Numbered from the stretch's first letter, positions 1 through 9,670 are shown. The stretch is 64,000 nt of DNA from an uncultured Acidobacteriota bacterium (GCA_963713825.1 CAVQNG010000001.1:64001-128000), one strand, 5' to 3'. The notes: generated by a model not told the origin, from the sequence alone. Numbers and translations are program-made.

Positions 1-2
1 AG

Positions 3-419
3 AGCAATGAGAGCCTCGGGCTCGATCAGCGATACCTTTTGCGTGCGAGCTCCCTCTATCGAACCCTGCGCACCGACATCAGAGAGCTCGCGTTGGGTGC
101 AGGCCTCGCGGCGGTCCGTGAACAGTACAGAGGCGGCGAGCCAGGTGACAACAGTTTGGAAGGCACATTGACGCTGCGCTACTTTGCCTTCCATTTCGAC
201 GATCCCGAGCTCGAGGTGAAGGCATTCCTCACCGCCTACCCCAGCCTGACGTTTTCGGGAAGGTGGCGCACCGAGTTCCAGGCGGAAGTCAGTCGAGAGC
301 TGGGTTGGGATCTTTTCTGGTCCCTGAATCTCTACTGGTCCACCGACAACAAACCTGTCAGTCCGGGAGCTCAATCCAGCGACTTGTCGATCACGGCATC
401 TTTGGGTTGGAAGCCGTAG
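3..419 (+). CDS. DUF481/YdiY-like outer-membrane beta-barrel protein, 5'-truncated by window edge
   Basis: Amphipathic beta strands ending ...DLSITASLGWKP; frame appears open from the window start. Confidence 0.7.
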   Translation, partial: SNESLGLDQRYLLRASSLYRTLRTDIRELALGAGLAAVREQYRGGEPGDNSLEGTLTLRYFAFHFDDPELEVKAFLTAYPSLTFSGRWRTEFQAEVSRELGWDLFWSLNLYWSTDNKPVSPGAQSSDLSITASLGWKP

Positions 420-1294
420 GGGGGCGGGCCTGCTGGGACCTGTCCCGAGATGGACGGTAGGTGAGTCGGGGAACGCAAAAGGACGAGACCCTGGTCCCGC
501 GAACTCACACGAGCGACATCGTAGATACCCAGGACGAGACGGAGTGAGAGCAGGAATTTCCGCCGGAAGTCGGAGAGCCGCCCATAGTCGGCGCCGAACT
601 GATTCTGAAGAGCTTTCCAGGGGATCAGGCTCGGTCGGCGAAGGTAGCTCATGCGGTGGGTGAGCCAGATGTAGATGTCGATGGCAAGCGGCGAGTGCTT
701 CAACTGGTGCACTGCACGCAGATCGATCGGCACGGAAGAGCGAGTGATTCCCTGGAAGATGGCGCGGCTGAGGACAACCTTCGGTCTCCAGGTCGCCGGT
801 TTCCGCGGCAGAACTCTTCTGAGGAACTGTAGACCAGTATCACCGGTAATGATCAGACCGTGGCCGCTTTCGTGGGAGCTCGAGTCTTTCGAGAATCGCC
901 AGTTCAGTCGAGTGGTGAAGAGTCGCTCGAGCTGGTCTTGCAGCCGATAGACGGCGCCTCGCTTGCCGCTGATGGGAGTAAGGCCTAGCCTGCGAGCGAA
1001 GTCATTGGGGGATCGGCCGAGTTCGATCTCGCGGCTCTTCGAGCGAACTGCGGCGGTGGTCAAGTAGATGAGGATGAGGCGGGGATAGGAGCCGTAGGGT
1101 AGGCCAATGCGTCGAGGTGAGGACATTCGAAGAGAATGCTGACCGTTGACCCGCTCGAAGCGGTGACTCGTAGGCCGGCGGTGGGGAAGGGTGGTGAGCA
1201 CAAGGAGGCGCGGCATGAAGCCGAGGGCACCAGCCGACAGGGCGTCTACCGACTCGACAGGGAAGAGGTCCTTCGAGTGGCTCATGGCAGCCAT
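371..1294 (-). CDS. repA: Plasmid-type replication protein RepA (RepA_C family)
   Basis: Motifs LPHRRP...FERVNG, GLPYGSYPRL, SVPIDLRA..LKHSPLAIDIYIWLTHRM, WKALQNQFG, SPTH; the C-terminal tail overlaps the convergent DUF481 gene. Confidence 0.85.
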   Translation of the reverse strand: MAAMSHSKDLFPVESVDALSAGALGFMPRLLVLTTLPHRRPTSHRFERVNGQHSLRMSSPRRIGLPYGSYPRLILIYLTTAAVRSKSREIELGRSPNDFARRLGLTPISGKRGAVYRLQDQLERLFTTRLNWRFSKDSSSHESGHGLIITGDTGLQFLRRVLPRKPATWRPKVVLSRAIFQGITRSSVPIDLRAVHQLKHSPLAIDIYIWLTHRMSYLRRPSLIPWKALQNQFGADYGRLSDFRRKFLLSLRLVLGIYDVARVSSRDQGLVLLRSPTHLPSISGQVPAGPPPYGFQPKDAVIDKSLD

Positions 1295-1319
1295 CAACGA
1301 CAGCACCCCACAACACAGA

Positions 1320-1338
1320 GGTAACAATTTTGGTAACA
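1320..1338 (+). repeat. GGTAACAATTTTGGTAACA, arm-type-like repeat copy 1
   Basis: Identical 19-mer also at 1583-1601 and 12825-12843. Confidence 0.85.
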
Positions 1339-1455
1339 ATGAACGGCAACTGAAGGCCACAAATGACAGCAGACGGCATTTACGCCTGTCGGCGTAAGTC
1401 GCTTGTTTTGTTGTGGTTGCGTGCTGTTGTCTGTTGTGGAGTGTGAGTTTTCAAA

Positions 1456-1511
1456 GGACTTAAAATCCCCCGCCTTAGGGCTTCCGGGTTCGAGTCCCGG
1501 CTCCGGCACCA
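1456..1511 (+). mobile_element. 3' half of tRNA-Leu(TAA); att-site core
   Basis: GGA-CTTAAAA-TCCCC anticodon arm, variable arm, CCGGG-TTCGAGT-CCCGG T arm, CTCCGGC-A-CCA end; 5' acceptor strand and D arm absent. Confidence 0.85.
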
Positions 1512-1582
1512 GCTTAACCTCAAGTAAATGTTGGACCTAAAGCGTTTCAGATGAGGTCAACCCGAGCGCCGTCTAGGGCAGT

Positions 1583-1601
1583 GGTAACAATTTTGGTAAC
1601 A
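1583..1601 (+). repeat. GGTAACAATTTTGGTAACA, arm-type-like repeat copy 2
   Basis: Exact copy on the other side of the tRNA fragment. Confidence 0.85.
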
Positions 1602-1657
1602 CTGAGGTCCATAAGAGGACCGCAGTTGACAGCAGACTGCAACGACTCCGCTAGTCT

Positions 1658-1927
1658 CTAGAGAGGTTCGCGATAGACGTCGCTGCGGTGCCCGACCTTG
1701 ACTACATAGACAGTCAGCCGATCGTCTTCGATGGAATAGACGATTCGGTAGGGCCCCTGTCGAATCCGGTAGCGATCGCGCCCGGATAGCTTCTGGCAGC
1801 CGGGTGGCCGTGGATCCTCAGCCAACTGCCGGATCTTCCGTACGATCCGCTGCCGATCCTTCTTGCGAGAGATCGCCTCGATCTCCTTGGCAGCGGATCG
1901 CTTGATCAGGATCTCAAATCTTGCCAC
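1658..1927 (-). CDS. RelE/ParE family toxin
   Basis: DPRPPGCQKLSGRDRYRIRQGPYRIVYSI...VKVGHRSDVY. Confidence 0.9.
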   Translation of the reverse strand: MARFEILIKRSAAKEIEAISRKKDRQRIVRKIRQLAEDPRPPGCQKLSGRDRYRIRQGPYRIVYSIEDDRLTVYVVKVGHRSDVYREPL

Positions 1928-2147
1928 GCCGTTTGAGGTCCTTGACTACCGATTCAAACGGCAGATCGGGCTCGGTTGCCCTCTCTTCGAAGGCTGCTAG
2001 ATCTTCGGCGTCTTCTGCCAACGACAGCTTGACAGCTTCGTTGACTAGCTGGGACAGGCTCCGGTCCGTCTCGACTGCCTTCAGGCGAAGTGCGCGGTGA
2101 AGTCCGGGATCAAAGTAGACGGTGGCGCGCTTTTGGCTGCTGGGCAT
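1914..2147 (-). CDS. CopG/ribbon-helix-helix antitoxin
   Basis: KRATVYFDPGLHRALRLKA...SLSQLVNEAV; overlaps the toxin gene. Confidence 0.85.
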   Translation of the reverse strand: MPSSQKRATVYFDPGLHRALRLKAVETDRSLSQLVNEAVKLSLAEDAEDLAAFEERATEPDLPFESVVKDLKRRGKI

Positions 2148-2156
2148 AATGCAGTC

Positions 2157-2185
2157 ATTATAGCGTTAAAACGTTAAAACGTCTA
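2157..2185 (-). promoter_or_regulatory. sigma70-like promoter with 8-bp tandem operator repeats
   Basis: TAGACG-17bp-TATAAT, 9 nt before the antitoxin ATG; spacer made of ACGTTTTA repeats. Confidence 0.65.
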
Positions 2186-2382
2186 CAGGTTGAGTAGGGG
2201 CCATTGCTGCTCACGCGTCCTGTCCGAGAATAGGATCGTGTTGCATCTATTGCTCAGAGAATGGGTTACGCGCGGGTAGAAGGCGTCAGTGTGAGCCGAT
2301 TCGCACTTCGTAGGGTGCCAATGGTCTGCTCACAGTCCATGCGGCATCGCGATCGCGACGGTCGCGGTAGTATCGAACTGGC

Positions 2383-2727
2383 TCAGTTGGCTTGGGTCAG
2401 GATGGTCTCGACAACTTCCAAAAGACCTGGCAAGTCCTGTCGGATCAAGTGCCACACGATCTCGTGATCAATCGTGTCGTATCCATGTGCCAGAATGTTC
2501 CGAAAGGCCACGATTCGGGGTGTGTCGCCAATTCGGCCTGCTGTCTCTGAATCGGTGCGACGCAGCCTGTTGAGCGCCTCGCCGATGATCTCGAAGTTCC
2601 GCTCGATGGCTTGGCGCAGGAGACGATTCTCGAGGTAATGGGCAAGGTCGCTGTCACGGGTCTCATCGAGAACGAACGCCGCCGCGTCTCGGATGTCCTC
2701 CAGGTACTTGGGTGAATCAGGCTGCAT
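2383..2727 (-). CDS. HEPN/DUF86 ribonuclease toxin (HepT-like)
   Basis: ERNFEIIGEA and RNILAHGY (RX4HXY) motifs. Confidence 0.9.
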   Translation of the reverse strand: MQPDSPKYLEDIRDAAAFVLDETRDSDLAHYLENRLLRQAIERNFEIIGEALNRLRRTDSETAGRIGDTPRIVAFRNILAHGYDTIDHEIVWHLIRQDLPGLLEVVETILTQAN

Positions 2728-3022
2728 ATAGCACTTGCCGGGTCTTCTCGACGGAGTTGACGAAGTAAGGATTTCGAAGACTGCGGCGGGTCAAAAGGTC
2801 CACCCTGCGGCCGAAGAGCCTCTCGAGTGCCTCGAGTAGTCCGAAGTACTGGTCGGCTAGGCTCATCGAATCGACGGTCCGAAACTCCACGAGAAAGTCC
2901 AGATCGCTATCTTCGCGGAGATGTCCGGTCGCTGCAGAGCCGAAGACTTCGAGGCTCTCAACGTGGTATTGAGAGCACAGGTCGTCAAGAGCCTCGCGTT
3001 GCGCTTCAATCGTCTTGATCAT
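2717..3022 (-). CDS. Minimal nucleotidyltransferase antitoxin (MntA-like)
   Basis: FGSAATGHLREDSDLDFLV (GSX10DXD); overlaps the HEPN gene. Confidence 0.9.
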   Translation of the reverse strand: MIKTIEAQREALDDLCSQYHVESLEVFGSAATGHLREDSDLDFLVEFRTVDSMSLADQYFGLLEALERLFGRRVDLLTRRSLRNPYFVNSVEKTRQVLYAA

Positions 3023-3228
3023 TCTCAGAAACCTCAGTCCATGAATTCTAACCCCGGGGCGATGTTACCCGAAGGCCTGGGTCGTCGAGACGGGGCGCTG
3101 ACCTTCGAGAGCTTGCGCCTGGGTGGGTCTTTTCGGGTTCGAATATGTGGCGGAGAGGGGTAGAGGCGTAGGCCGGAATCAGTGCGGCCGACACGACGGA
3201 TCTCATCGTCACGGCGCCCCTGCGCAGT

Positions 3229-4674
3229 TCAGAAGAGGTACTTGACCATCGTCTGGATGCGGGTGGCGTCTCCATCGTCGCCGTCCGCGTTCTCGCGCGT
3301 ACCCCACATCAGCTCGATGCCGGTGCTGAGCTTCTCGCGGGGCGTCCAGATCAGGTTCAGATGGCCCACGCCGCCGCTCTGGATGGCGTCCGGTTCCCGC
3401 TCGCCGATGTTCTCGAGGTCCGTCCACGCGAAGGCGAGGTTCGACGCCAGGGTGTCGGACCACGCGTGACCGAGCCCGAGGGCGGCGCTGTAGCCCTGTC
3501 GGGTGACGAGCCGGCCGTCGGGAGTCAGGTTCGCGTTCGCGTCACTGCCGGTGAGCGCCATGATGGTATCCGGCGTGCCGTCGCCGTAGGCCAGGTTCCA
3601 GGTGAAGAAGTTGGCGCTGCTGCCGAGGTTCTGGCGGCCGCCGAAGATCAGAGCCCACCCCACCGCGGTCGCGTCAGGTCCGACTCCTTCGCCGTCCCAG
3701 TGGAGCTGCTGTGCGAGGGCGGCCAGCGTTCTCACGCTGTTGGGCCGCTCGTGGGTGAGGCGCCCGGCGAGCACTGGCAGCTGTGGGCTCGCGCTCCCTC
3801 CGAGGTTATACGGGTTGTAGATGCCGGAGGTCTGCAGCTGCTCCAGCCCGACGGCCCAGCTCCAGCTCGAGTTCACGTCCTGCTGCCAGCGGACCTGCGG
3901 GGTGCGCGTCCCGAACAGCGCGTCGCCGGCACCGAAGTCGATTGTGAAGGGCAGCGACGCCAGCTCGGCAATCGTGGTCCAGGTCTGACCGACGAGCAGG
4001 TTGCCGTAGACGATGTAGGCGTGCCGCAGCCGTGGGGAGAGCGAGCTCTCGTCGAAGAAGTCCACCTCGAGGAAGAACTGTCCTGGCGGCCCGTCCGGCC
4101 CAGACTTGCGGACGTCGAGGTTCACCCGCGTCTCGCGCACGAACATGTTGAAGTAGCCGGAGCGCTCGGCCTCCGGCGAGCCTTCGACAGGGATCTGGGC
4201 GATCAGGAACTGGTACTTGTCCCCCGTGCCGTCGAAATCGTAGAGCGCGTCCAGCTTGAAATAGCCACCGATCTTCATCCGGGAATCGGTGCCAAACAGC
4301 GGCCACGATCCCGGGAAGGCGTCGTCCTCCAAATCCGACGCGGTCATGACCTCGTGCGAGTCCTTGGTCTGATTCGGGTCCGTCTCGAGCCGTTCCGGCG
4401 CGACGTCGTCCGATCCGGCGGCCGCTGTCTCACTGTCGGCCGTTGGTGCGGCCTCGGGCGCGGCTCCCTCCTCCGCGGCTCCCTCCTCCGCGAGCGCGGT
4501 GTCAAGCCGCCGTTCCAGCTCGTCGAGCCGCTCGATCTGCTCTTCGAGGCGCGCCCTCTCCTCGGCGAGCTCGCGGCGAAGCTGTTCCGGGTCCTCGGCG
4601 TCTTGCGCGCCGGCGATCGACACGCCGAGACAGAGCGCCGCCAGAAGAAGAGTTGAGTAAAGTCGCCAGCGCAT
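3229..4674 (-). CDS. DcaP-family outer-membrane porin with N-terminal coiled coil
   Basis: Signal peptide, coiled coil, IGGYFKLDALYD, PRLRHAY, GQTWT, RTPQVRW, terminal ...TMVKYLF. Confidence 0.8.
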   Translation of the reverse strand: MRWRLYSTLLLAALCLGVSIAGAQDAEDPEQLRRELAEERARLEEQIERLDELERRLDTALAEEGAAEEGAAPEAAPTADSETAAAGSDDVAPERLETDPNQTKDSHEVMTASDLEDDAFPGSWPLFGTDSRMKIGGYFKLDALYDFDGTGDKYQFLIAQIPVEGSPEAERSGYFNMFVRETRVNLDVRKSGPDGPPGQFFLEVDFFDESSLSPRLRHAYIVYGNLLVGQTWTTIAELASLPFTIDFGAGDALFGTRTPQVRWQQDVNSSWSWAVGLEQLQTSGIYNPYNLGGSASPQLPVLAGRLTHERPNSVRTLAALAQQLHWDGEGVGPDATAVGWALIFGGRQNLGSSANFFTWNLAYGDGTPDTIMALTGSDANANLTPDGRLVTRQGYSAALGLGHAWSDTLASNLAFAWTDLENIGEREPDAIQSGGVGHLNLIWTPREKLSTGIELMWGTRENADGDDGDATRIQTMVKYLF

Positions 4675-4730
4675 CTTAGGCCTCCTGACTTCGAACCCTG
4701 GAGCTCCAGCCCCGCCGTTCGATCACAAAC

Positions 4731-4768
4731 GACCCCGCCCCGCGGCCGTGCGGGTGGGGGCGGGGCCC
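4731..4768 (-). terminator. GC-rich stem-loop after the amidohydrolase gene
   Basis: CCCCGCCCC...GGGGCGGGG inverted repeat just after the stop codon. Confidence 0.45.
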
Positions 4769-4772
4769 GCGA

Positions 4773-6173
4773 TTACCGCAGGGTGTTTTTGTAAATCTTT
4801 CCGTCCTTCATTATCATCGCGAAGTTGTTCTCCGCATCGGCGACGAGGTCGAGATTTTCCAGGGGATTACCGTCGACCAGGATGAGGTCCGCGTAGGCAC
4901 CTTCCTCGATCACGCCGAGGGGCCCTTCGGTGTATGGGTTGCGCGGACCGCACAGCGCCAGCAGTGCGGCGTTGGTCGAGGTCGCCATCTTGAGCACTTC
5001 GTGCGGTGTGAACCAGCGTTCGAGCTTGGCCAGCATTTTTCCCTGCTTCTCTGCCGCCACGGGATCAAAGAGCATGTCGGTGCCGAACGCGATCTTGACG
5101 CCGATCTCTTTGGCCGCCCTGTAGATTCGGTCGGTGCCGGCGGTTACGGCCTCAAACTTCTCGGTGCTGTACGGGTTGTCAAACTGCAGCGCATCCTCGT
5201 CATTCAGGAGCGGCTGGATACTCAGCCAGACGTCGTTGTCCTTCATCATCTGCAACGTCTCATCGCTCATGAGGAAGCCGTGCTCGATCGACTTGATCCC
5301 TGCCCTGATCGCGGTCTGCGTCGCCTTGTCGGTGAAGATGTGGGCGGCAACGTAGGTGTTCCACGTCTCGGCGACATCGACGACCGCCTTCATTTCATCA
5401 AAGGTGTACTCCTGAACGTCGAGTGGGTCGAAGGCGGACGAAACGCCGCCTCCGCCGGCGATCTTGAGCTGGGTTGCGCCCATGCGCAGGTTCTCTCGGG
5501 CCCGCTTGATCACCTCCGGCACGCCGTCGGCGACCATGATAAGGCCGTTGCGCTCCCAGTAGCTCAGCGGATCGGTGCTGTTGGCCGGGACGTCGTTCTT
5601 TCCGCGAAAATCGAAGTGGCCCGAAGTCTGGCTGATTGGCGGGCCCGATGGGAACATCCGCGGACCAGGATGCTCGCCGGAATCCGTGAATTTCTTGATT
5701 GCAAACGGGTTGCCGCCGATATCGCGGACGGTCGTGAAGCCTCGCATCAGCGTCCTCTCGGCGCCGAGGAAGCCGATGATCGCGACCTCGGACATGTCGC
5801 CCGTAAACATGATGCTCTGCGGCGCGTAGGCATAGTAGGTGTGCCAGTGGGCGTCGATCAGGCCGGGAATCAGCGTCCGACCGCCGCCGTCGATCACTGT
5901 CACGTTGTCGGTCTGGATGAGAGCGAGAGGTGCGTCCGACACGGTCTCGATGAGGTTGTCCTTTACCAGGACATGCATGTTTTTGTGGAGTTTTTCGGAC
6001 GTGCCGTCAAAGATGTTGACGTTGCTGATGAGCACGAGCGTCGGCGCTGGCTGGCTCGCTTCCTGAGCCAGGCTTGCACCGCAGAGAATGCTCGTCAGCA
6101 ATCCGATCACGGCAACCCGTGAAGTTCTTCTGCTCCGTTGCCTATTCATGGTCCGAATCTTCTGGTCTTTCAT
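4773..6173 (-). CDS. Exported metal-dependent amidohydrolase (prolidase/ochratoxinase-like)
   Basis: PGLIDAHWH, GFTTVRD, IEHG, FGTD, GAYADLILVDGNP; signal peptide. Confidence 0.85.
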   Translation of the reverse strand: MKDQKIRTMNRQRSRRTSRVAVIGLLTSILCGASLAQEASQPAPTLVLISNVNIFDGTSEKLHKNMHVLVKDNLIETVSDAPLALIQTDNVTVIDGGGRTLIPGLIDAHWHTYYAYAPQSIMFTGDMSEVAIIGFLGAERTLMRGFTTVRDIGGNPFAIKKFTDSGEHPGPRMFPSGPPISQTSGHFDFRGKNDVPANSTDPLSYWERNGLIMVADGVPEVIKRARENLRMGATQLKIAGGGGVSSAFDPLDVQEYTFDEMKAVVDVAETWNTYVAAHIFTDKATQTAIRAGIKSIEHGFLMSDETLQMMKDNDVWLSIQPLLNDEDALQFDNPYSTEKFEAVTAGTDRIYRAAKEIGVKIAFGTDMLFDPVAAEKQGKMLAKLERWFTPHEVLKMATSTNAALLALCGPRNPYTEGPLGVIEEGAYADLILVDGNPLENLDLVADAENNFAMIMKDGKIYKNTLR

Positions 6174-6318
6174 CGATTCCCTCTATTCAGTTTTTCTGAT
6201 CGGGATGCGGGTCCCGGCGTTATTCATGATCAACGTGGGATGGACCCAACGAATAACAGTTGCCGCAGGTAGGGCCCGCCCGACAGATCGTCGGAAGCGA
6301 CGGCCTCAGACTTGGAGA

Positions 6319-7965
6319 TCAATCTAGGTGAAAGTCCTCCATGCCCGGCACACCGCCGCCGAAGTCGATCGGCGCGGCATAGAACTCCTGCGTCCATCCC
6401 TCGATCGTGATCGGCTCGAAGTGGCTCCCTTCGGGCGGGTAGCGGACCGGTTGGCCCGGGGTGACACCCTCGAGCACCTGCGAGTCGTTGACGACAATGG
6501 TGCCGTTGACCACCACGTACGGGATGCCGACAGAGGGAAGCGTTCCCTTTTCATAAGTCGCCTTGTCGGTCACGGTTTCCGGGTCGAAGATGGTGATGTC
6601 CGCCACCATCCCCTGCTGGAGACGGCCCCGTTCCTGCATCGCCTTCAGTCCCATCCTGCCGAGGGGCAGGGCCGAGTTGTAGCTGGACATTGCAACGATC
6701 TGCATCAGAGGGATGTTGTTCTCGCGCGCCAGGCGAAAGGCCTTCGCAAAGCTGCCGGCCGCTCGCGGATGTGTATTGGGGAGATCCTCGTACGGGGTGT
6801 CCCAACGCAGGTCGTCGTCGGGGATCATGGGCATGCCGTCGGTGATCAACGTGACGCCCGGCAGCTGGAGCCAATCGGTGATGGCCGACTCGGGCATCTT
6901 GAAGACCAGCACCGCCCGGGTCGGTTCCTTCGCGACCATCTGCTCGCGCGTCTCCTGCGTATACCACTCGCCGGTCGCCACATCCTGGATGGTCTCTTCG
7001 TACTTGTACCCCAGGGTGTCGACCCACATCTCCGGTTCCAGGAAGACCGCGTTCAGGGCCGTGGAGCCGGCGGCATAGGGGTAGATCTCTCCCCAGACGT
7101 TCATGCCGCGGTCCCGCATCCGGACCAGCAGCTCGTGCACCAGGTTATAGCCGGGGTTGTTGAAATGGCAGGCCAGCGCCGGCGAGCCCAGGGCCGCCGC
7201 GTTGGCGAGCAGCTCCTGGATGCCGTTGGCCTCGGTGGTGTCGGTTCCGGGTGTGTAGCGGAAGTGTGCGCCGGTCTGCCGCCCGTAGCGCCCGGCCAGC
7301 ACCTGCAGCTCGAAGAACTCGCGGGCGGACACACCGTCGCGCATATAGCCGAGGGTGGAACCGATGCCGAGTCCGCCCGCCTGCAACCCTTCATCCAGGA
7401 GCTGGAGGATTCTGTTGCCTTCCTCGAGGTTGGGTTGTTTACAGCACCAGCCGTTCCCTACAGCACGGCTGTTGGCGGCCGAACGTGTGTCCTGGCCATC
7501 GGTGAATCCGTCGAGCACCTCTGCACGGGCAAACTCATGAGCCACGGCCTGACCGTAGTTCACCTGGTTTTTCCCTTCCCGTTCCTTGTACCACTGGTCG
7601 AGATAGGGACCATGGGTGCCGATCTCCAGATCCAGGACCGTGGTCCGGCCATCGCGCAGGGCGAGCTTGTTGGACCAGGGCCGGTCGTAGTGCCAGTGGG
7701 TGTCGACGAAGCCCGGGGCAACCACGTGGCCCGTGGCGTCGATGGTCTCCTTGCCTTTGATCTTGTCCTTTGTGATGACGGCGATCCGGCCGCCGTTGAT
7801 GCCGACATTGGCGACCGCGTCGTACATGCTCTCCGGGTCCATGACCCGGCCGTTGAGGATGACGAGGTCGTAGTCCTGGGCCACGGCGACCTGCGCAACG
7901 GCAAGGAGCCCGCAGATGAGCGCTGCCGCGCCGATGATCTTCGAGAACTTCAATGTCCGTTTCAT
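6319..7965 (-). CDS. Exported N-acyl-D-amino-acid deacylase-like amidohydrolase
   Basis: YDLVILNGRVMDPE, APGFVDTHWH, HPR..GSFAK, ADITIFDPE; signal peptide. Confidence 0.85.
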   Translation of the reverse strand: MKRTLKFSKIIGAAALICGLLAVAQVAVAQDYDLVILNGRVMDPESMYDAVANVGINGGRIAVITKDKIKGKETIDATGHVVAPGFVDTHWHYDRPWSNKLALRDGRTTVLDLEIGTHGPYLDQWYKEREGKNQVNYGQAVAHEFARAEVLDGFTDGQDTRSAANSRAVGNGWCCKQPNLEEGNRILQLLDEGLQAGGLGIGSTLGYMRDGVSAREFFELQVLAGRYGRQTGAHFRYTPGTDTTEANGIQELLANAAALGSPALACHFNNPGYNLVHELLVRMRDRGMNVWGEIYPYAAGSTALNAVFLEPEMWVDTLGYKYEETIQDVATGEWYTQETREQMVAKEPTRAVLVFKMPESAITDWLQLPGVTLITDGMPMIPDDDLRWDTPYEDLPNTHPRAAGSFAKAFRLARENNIPLMQIVAMSSYNSALPLGRMGLKAMQERGRLQQGMVADITIFDPETVTDKATYEKGTLPSVGIPYVVVNGTIVVNDSQVLEGVTPGQPVRYPPEGSHFEPITIEGWTQEFYAAPIDFGGGVPGMEDFHLD

Positions 7966-8079
7966 GTTCAATCTCCTTTGGTTCGGGTTTTCAAGCTCTG
8001 ACACACCTCACCACGCTCGAACACGTTGTCGTCATTGCGAGTCGCCGGCTCGCATCGTTGTCTTCTCCCAGCAGCCCGC

Positions 8080-9639
8080 TCAGTCCGTCGTCGTGCGCCG
8101 GATCGGCCGGCCCGGGTCGGCGTCGAGAATCAGCTCTCCCCGTTCGACGACCAGCTCGCCGTTCACCAGCAGTGCCTGCACGCCGATCGCCGGCTGGTTG
8201 GGCTCCTGGTAGGTCCCTACGTCGCTGATGGTTTCGGGGTCGAAGACCACGATGTCGGCATCCATGCCGGCCTGCATGCGGCCTTTCTTTTTCATCTGGG
8301 GAACGAACCCTTCCAGCGTCTGGGCCGGCATCAGAGTCATCTTGCGCAGGGCCTCCTGCATGCTCATCAACCTGCGTTCCCTGACGTAGGACCGCAGGAT
8401 CTTGGCGAAGGTTCCGTTCGACCGCGGGTGTGAGAACGCCTCTTCCGGCAGGGGCCATGCGTCTCCCTCGTAGTTCTCGATCTCGTTGTGATCGTCCACG
8501 AACATCCAGAACATCTCGTCGGACTCGATGAGGATGTCCGGGTGCAGCACAGACGCGTCGAGCAACGCGAGGTCGTCAGGGTTTTCTTCGTCGAGAAAGT
8601 GCCAGACGATGAACGTGCCGGGCTTGTTCTTCTGGTAGTCAGCCAGCTGCTCTTCGGTCATGCGGCTGGTGCCGAGCTGGAAGTTCTCGGCGGTGGACCC
8701 CATGCGCTCACGCCAGCCGTCGCCGCTGAACATCGCGGCGCCGACCACCGTGCTCGCGGCACCCCAGGGATAGGCGCCGACGGAAATGTTGATGCCGCGC
8801 TCCATGGCGTTGTCGATCAGGGGCAGGATGGTGTGGATGCTCTTGAGTGACGTGCTGTTGATGTGGCACAGGTGCATGTGGGCGCCCGTGATCGCGGCGT
8901 TTCCGATCAGTTCCTGCACGGCTTCGAACGAGCTCTCGGGCTCTGCATTGCTGGCATAACGCACGTGGGTGAAGGTGGCGACGCCTCGTTCGGCGGCCAG
9001 TTCGGCCAGCGCGAAGTACTCCTTGTGGCCGTAGCCCGGGGCGTAGCCCGCATTGATGCCGATGCCCAGGGCACCCTGATCGAGACCCTGCTCGACCAGG
9101 TCCAGGATCATCTGCTGCTGCTCCGGCGTCGCGATCTCCATCTTCCAGTCGCTGCGGCTCTGGGCGTCCTGGAAGTAGGCGGCCGTCGCCTCGGGCTGAG
9201 TCTCCGTGAAGGTGGCGATACGAGCGTACGTCCAGGCAGACGCAGCGCCATAGTTGATGGGGAGCTTCTTCTTCGCCTGGCCGTCGTACCAGGCCGAGAT
9301 CGGCAGCACGCCCGACTCCAGTTCGAGCATCGTCGTGACGCCCTGCATGGCCTGCATCCGATAGTCGCCGATGTTCTGGCCGTGGGCATGGATGTCGATG
9401 AACCCGGGCGCGACAACGTGGCCTGTGGCGTCTATTGTTTCCCTGCCACTGATCGAGTCCGTGGTGATCGAGGCGATCGTGGCATCCTTGACGCCGACGT
9501 TTGCGATGGCGTCGTACCCGGTCTCCGGGTCCATGACCCGGCCGTTCAGGATGACCAGGTCGTAGTCGGCCGCAACAACCCCTACGGCCGGCGCCAGGGC
9601 CAACGCAACCCAACTCAGCAGCATCACTGTCCGTTTCAT
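8080..9639 (-). CDS. Exported N-acyl-D-amino-acid deacylase-like amidohydrolase (paralog)
   Basis: APGFIDIHAH, HPRSNGTFAK, DADIVVFDPE; signal peptide. Confidence 0.85.
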   Translation of the reverse strand: MKRTVMLLSWVALALAPAVGVVAADYDLVILNGRVMDPETGYDAIANVGVKDATIASITTDSISGRETIDATGHVVAPGFIDIHAHGQNIGDYRMQAMQGVTTMLELESGVLPISAWYDGQAKKKLPINYGAASAWTYARIATFTETQPEATAAYFQDAQSRSDWKMEIATPEQQQMILDLVEQGLDQGALGIGINAGYAPGYGHKEYFALAELAAERGVATFTHVRYASNAEPESSFEAVQELIGNAAITGAHMHLCHINSTSLKSIHTILPLIDNAMERGINISVGAYPWGAASTVVGAAMFSGDGWRERMGSTAENFQLGTSRMTEEQLADYQKNKPGTFIVWHFLDEENPDDLALLDASVLHPDILIESDEMFWMFVDDHNEIENYEGDAWPLPEEAFSHPRSNGTFAKILRSYVRERRLMSMQEALRKMTLMPAQTLEGFVPQMKKKGRMQAGMDADIVVFDPETISDVGTYQEPNQPAIGVQALLVNGELVVERGELILDADPGRPIRRTTTD

Positions 9640-9670
9640 TCTGTTTTCCCTTTCACGTTCCCTTCGTTCT

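Noticed and set aside
1420-1511. Intact tRNA-Leu gene
   Set aside because: No 5' acceptor strand or D arm, and the anticodon stem is only partly paired; treated as an att fragment.
6328-8001. Long antisense ORFs (also 3361-4656, 17839-20367, 34003-35289, 36232-37437 and others)
   Set aside because: Shadow frames of well-supported genes, expected with high-GC codon usage; no recognisable motifs.
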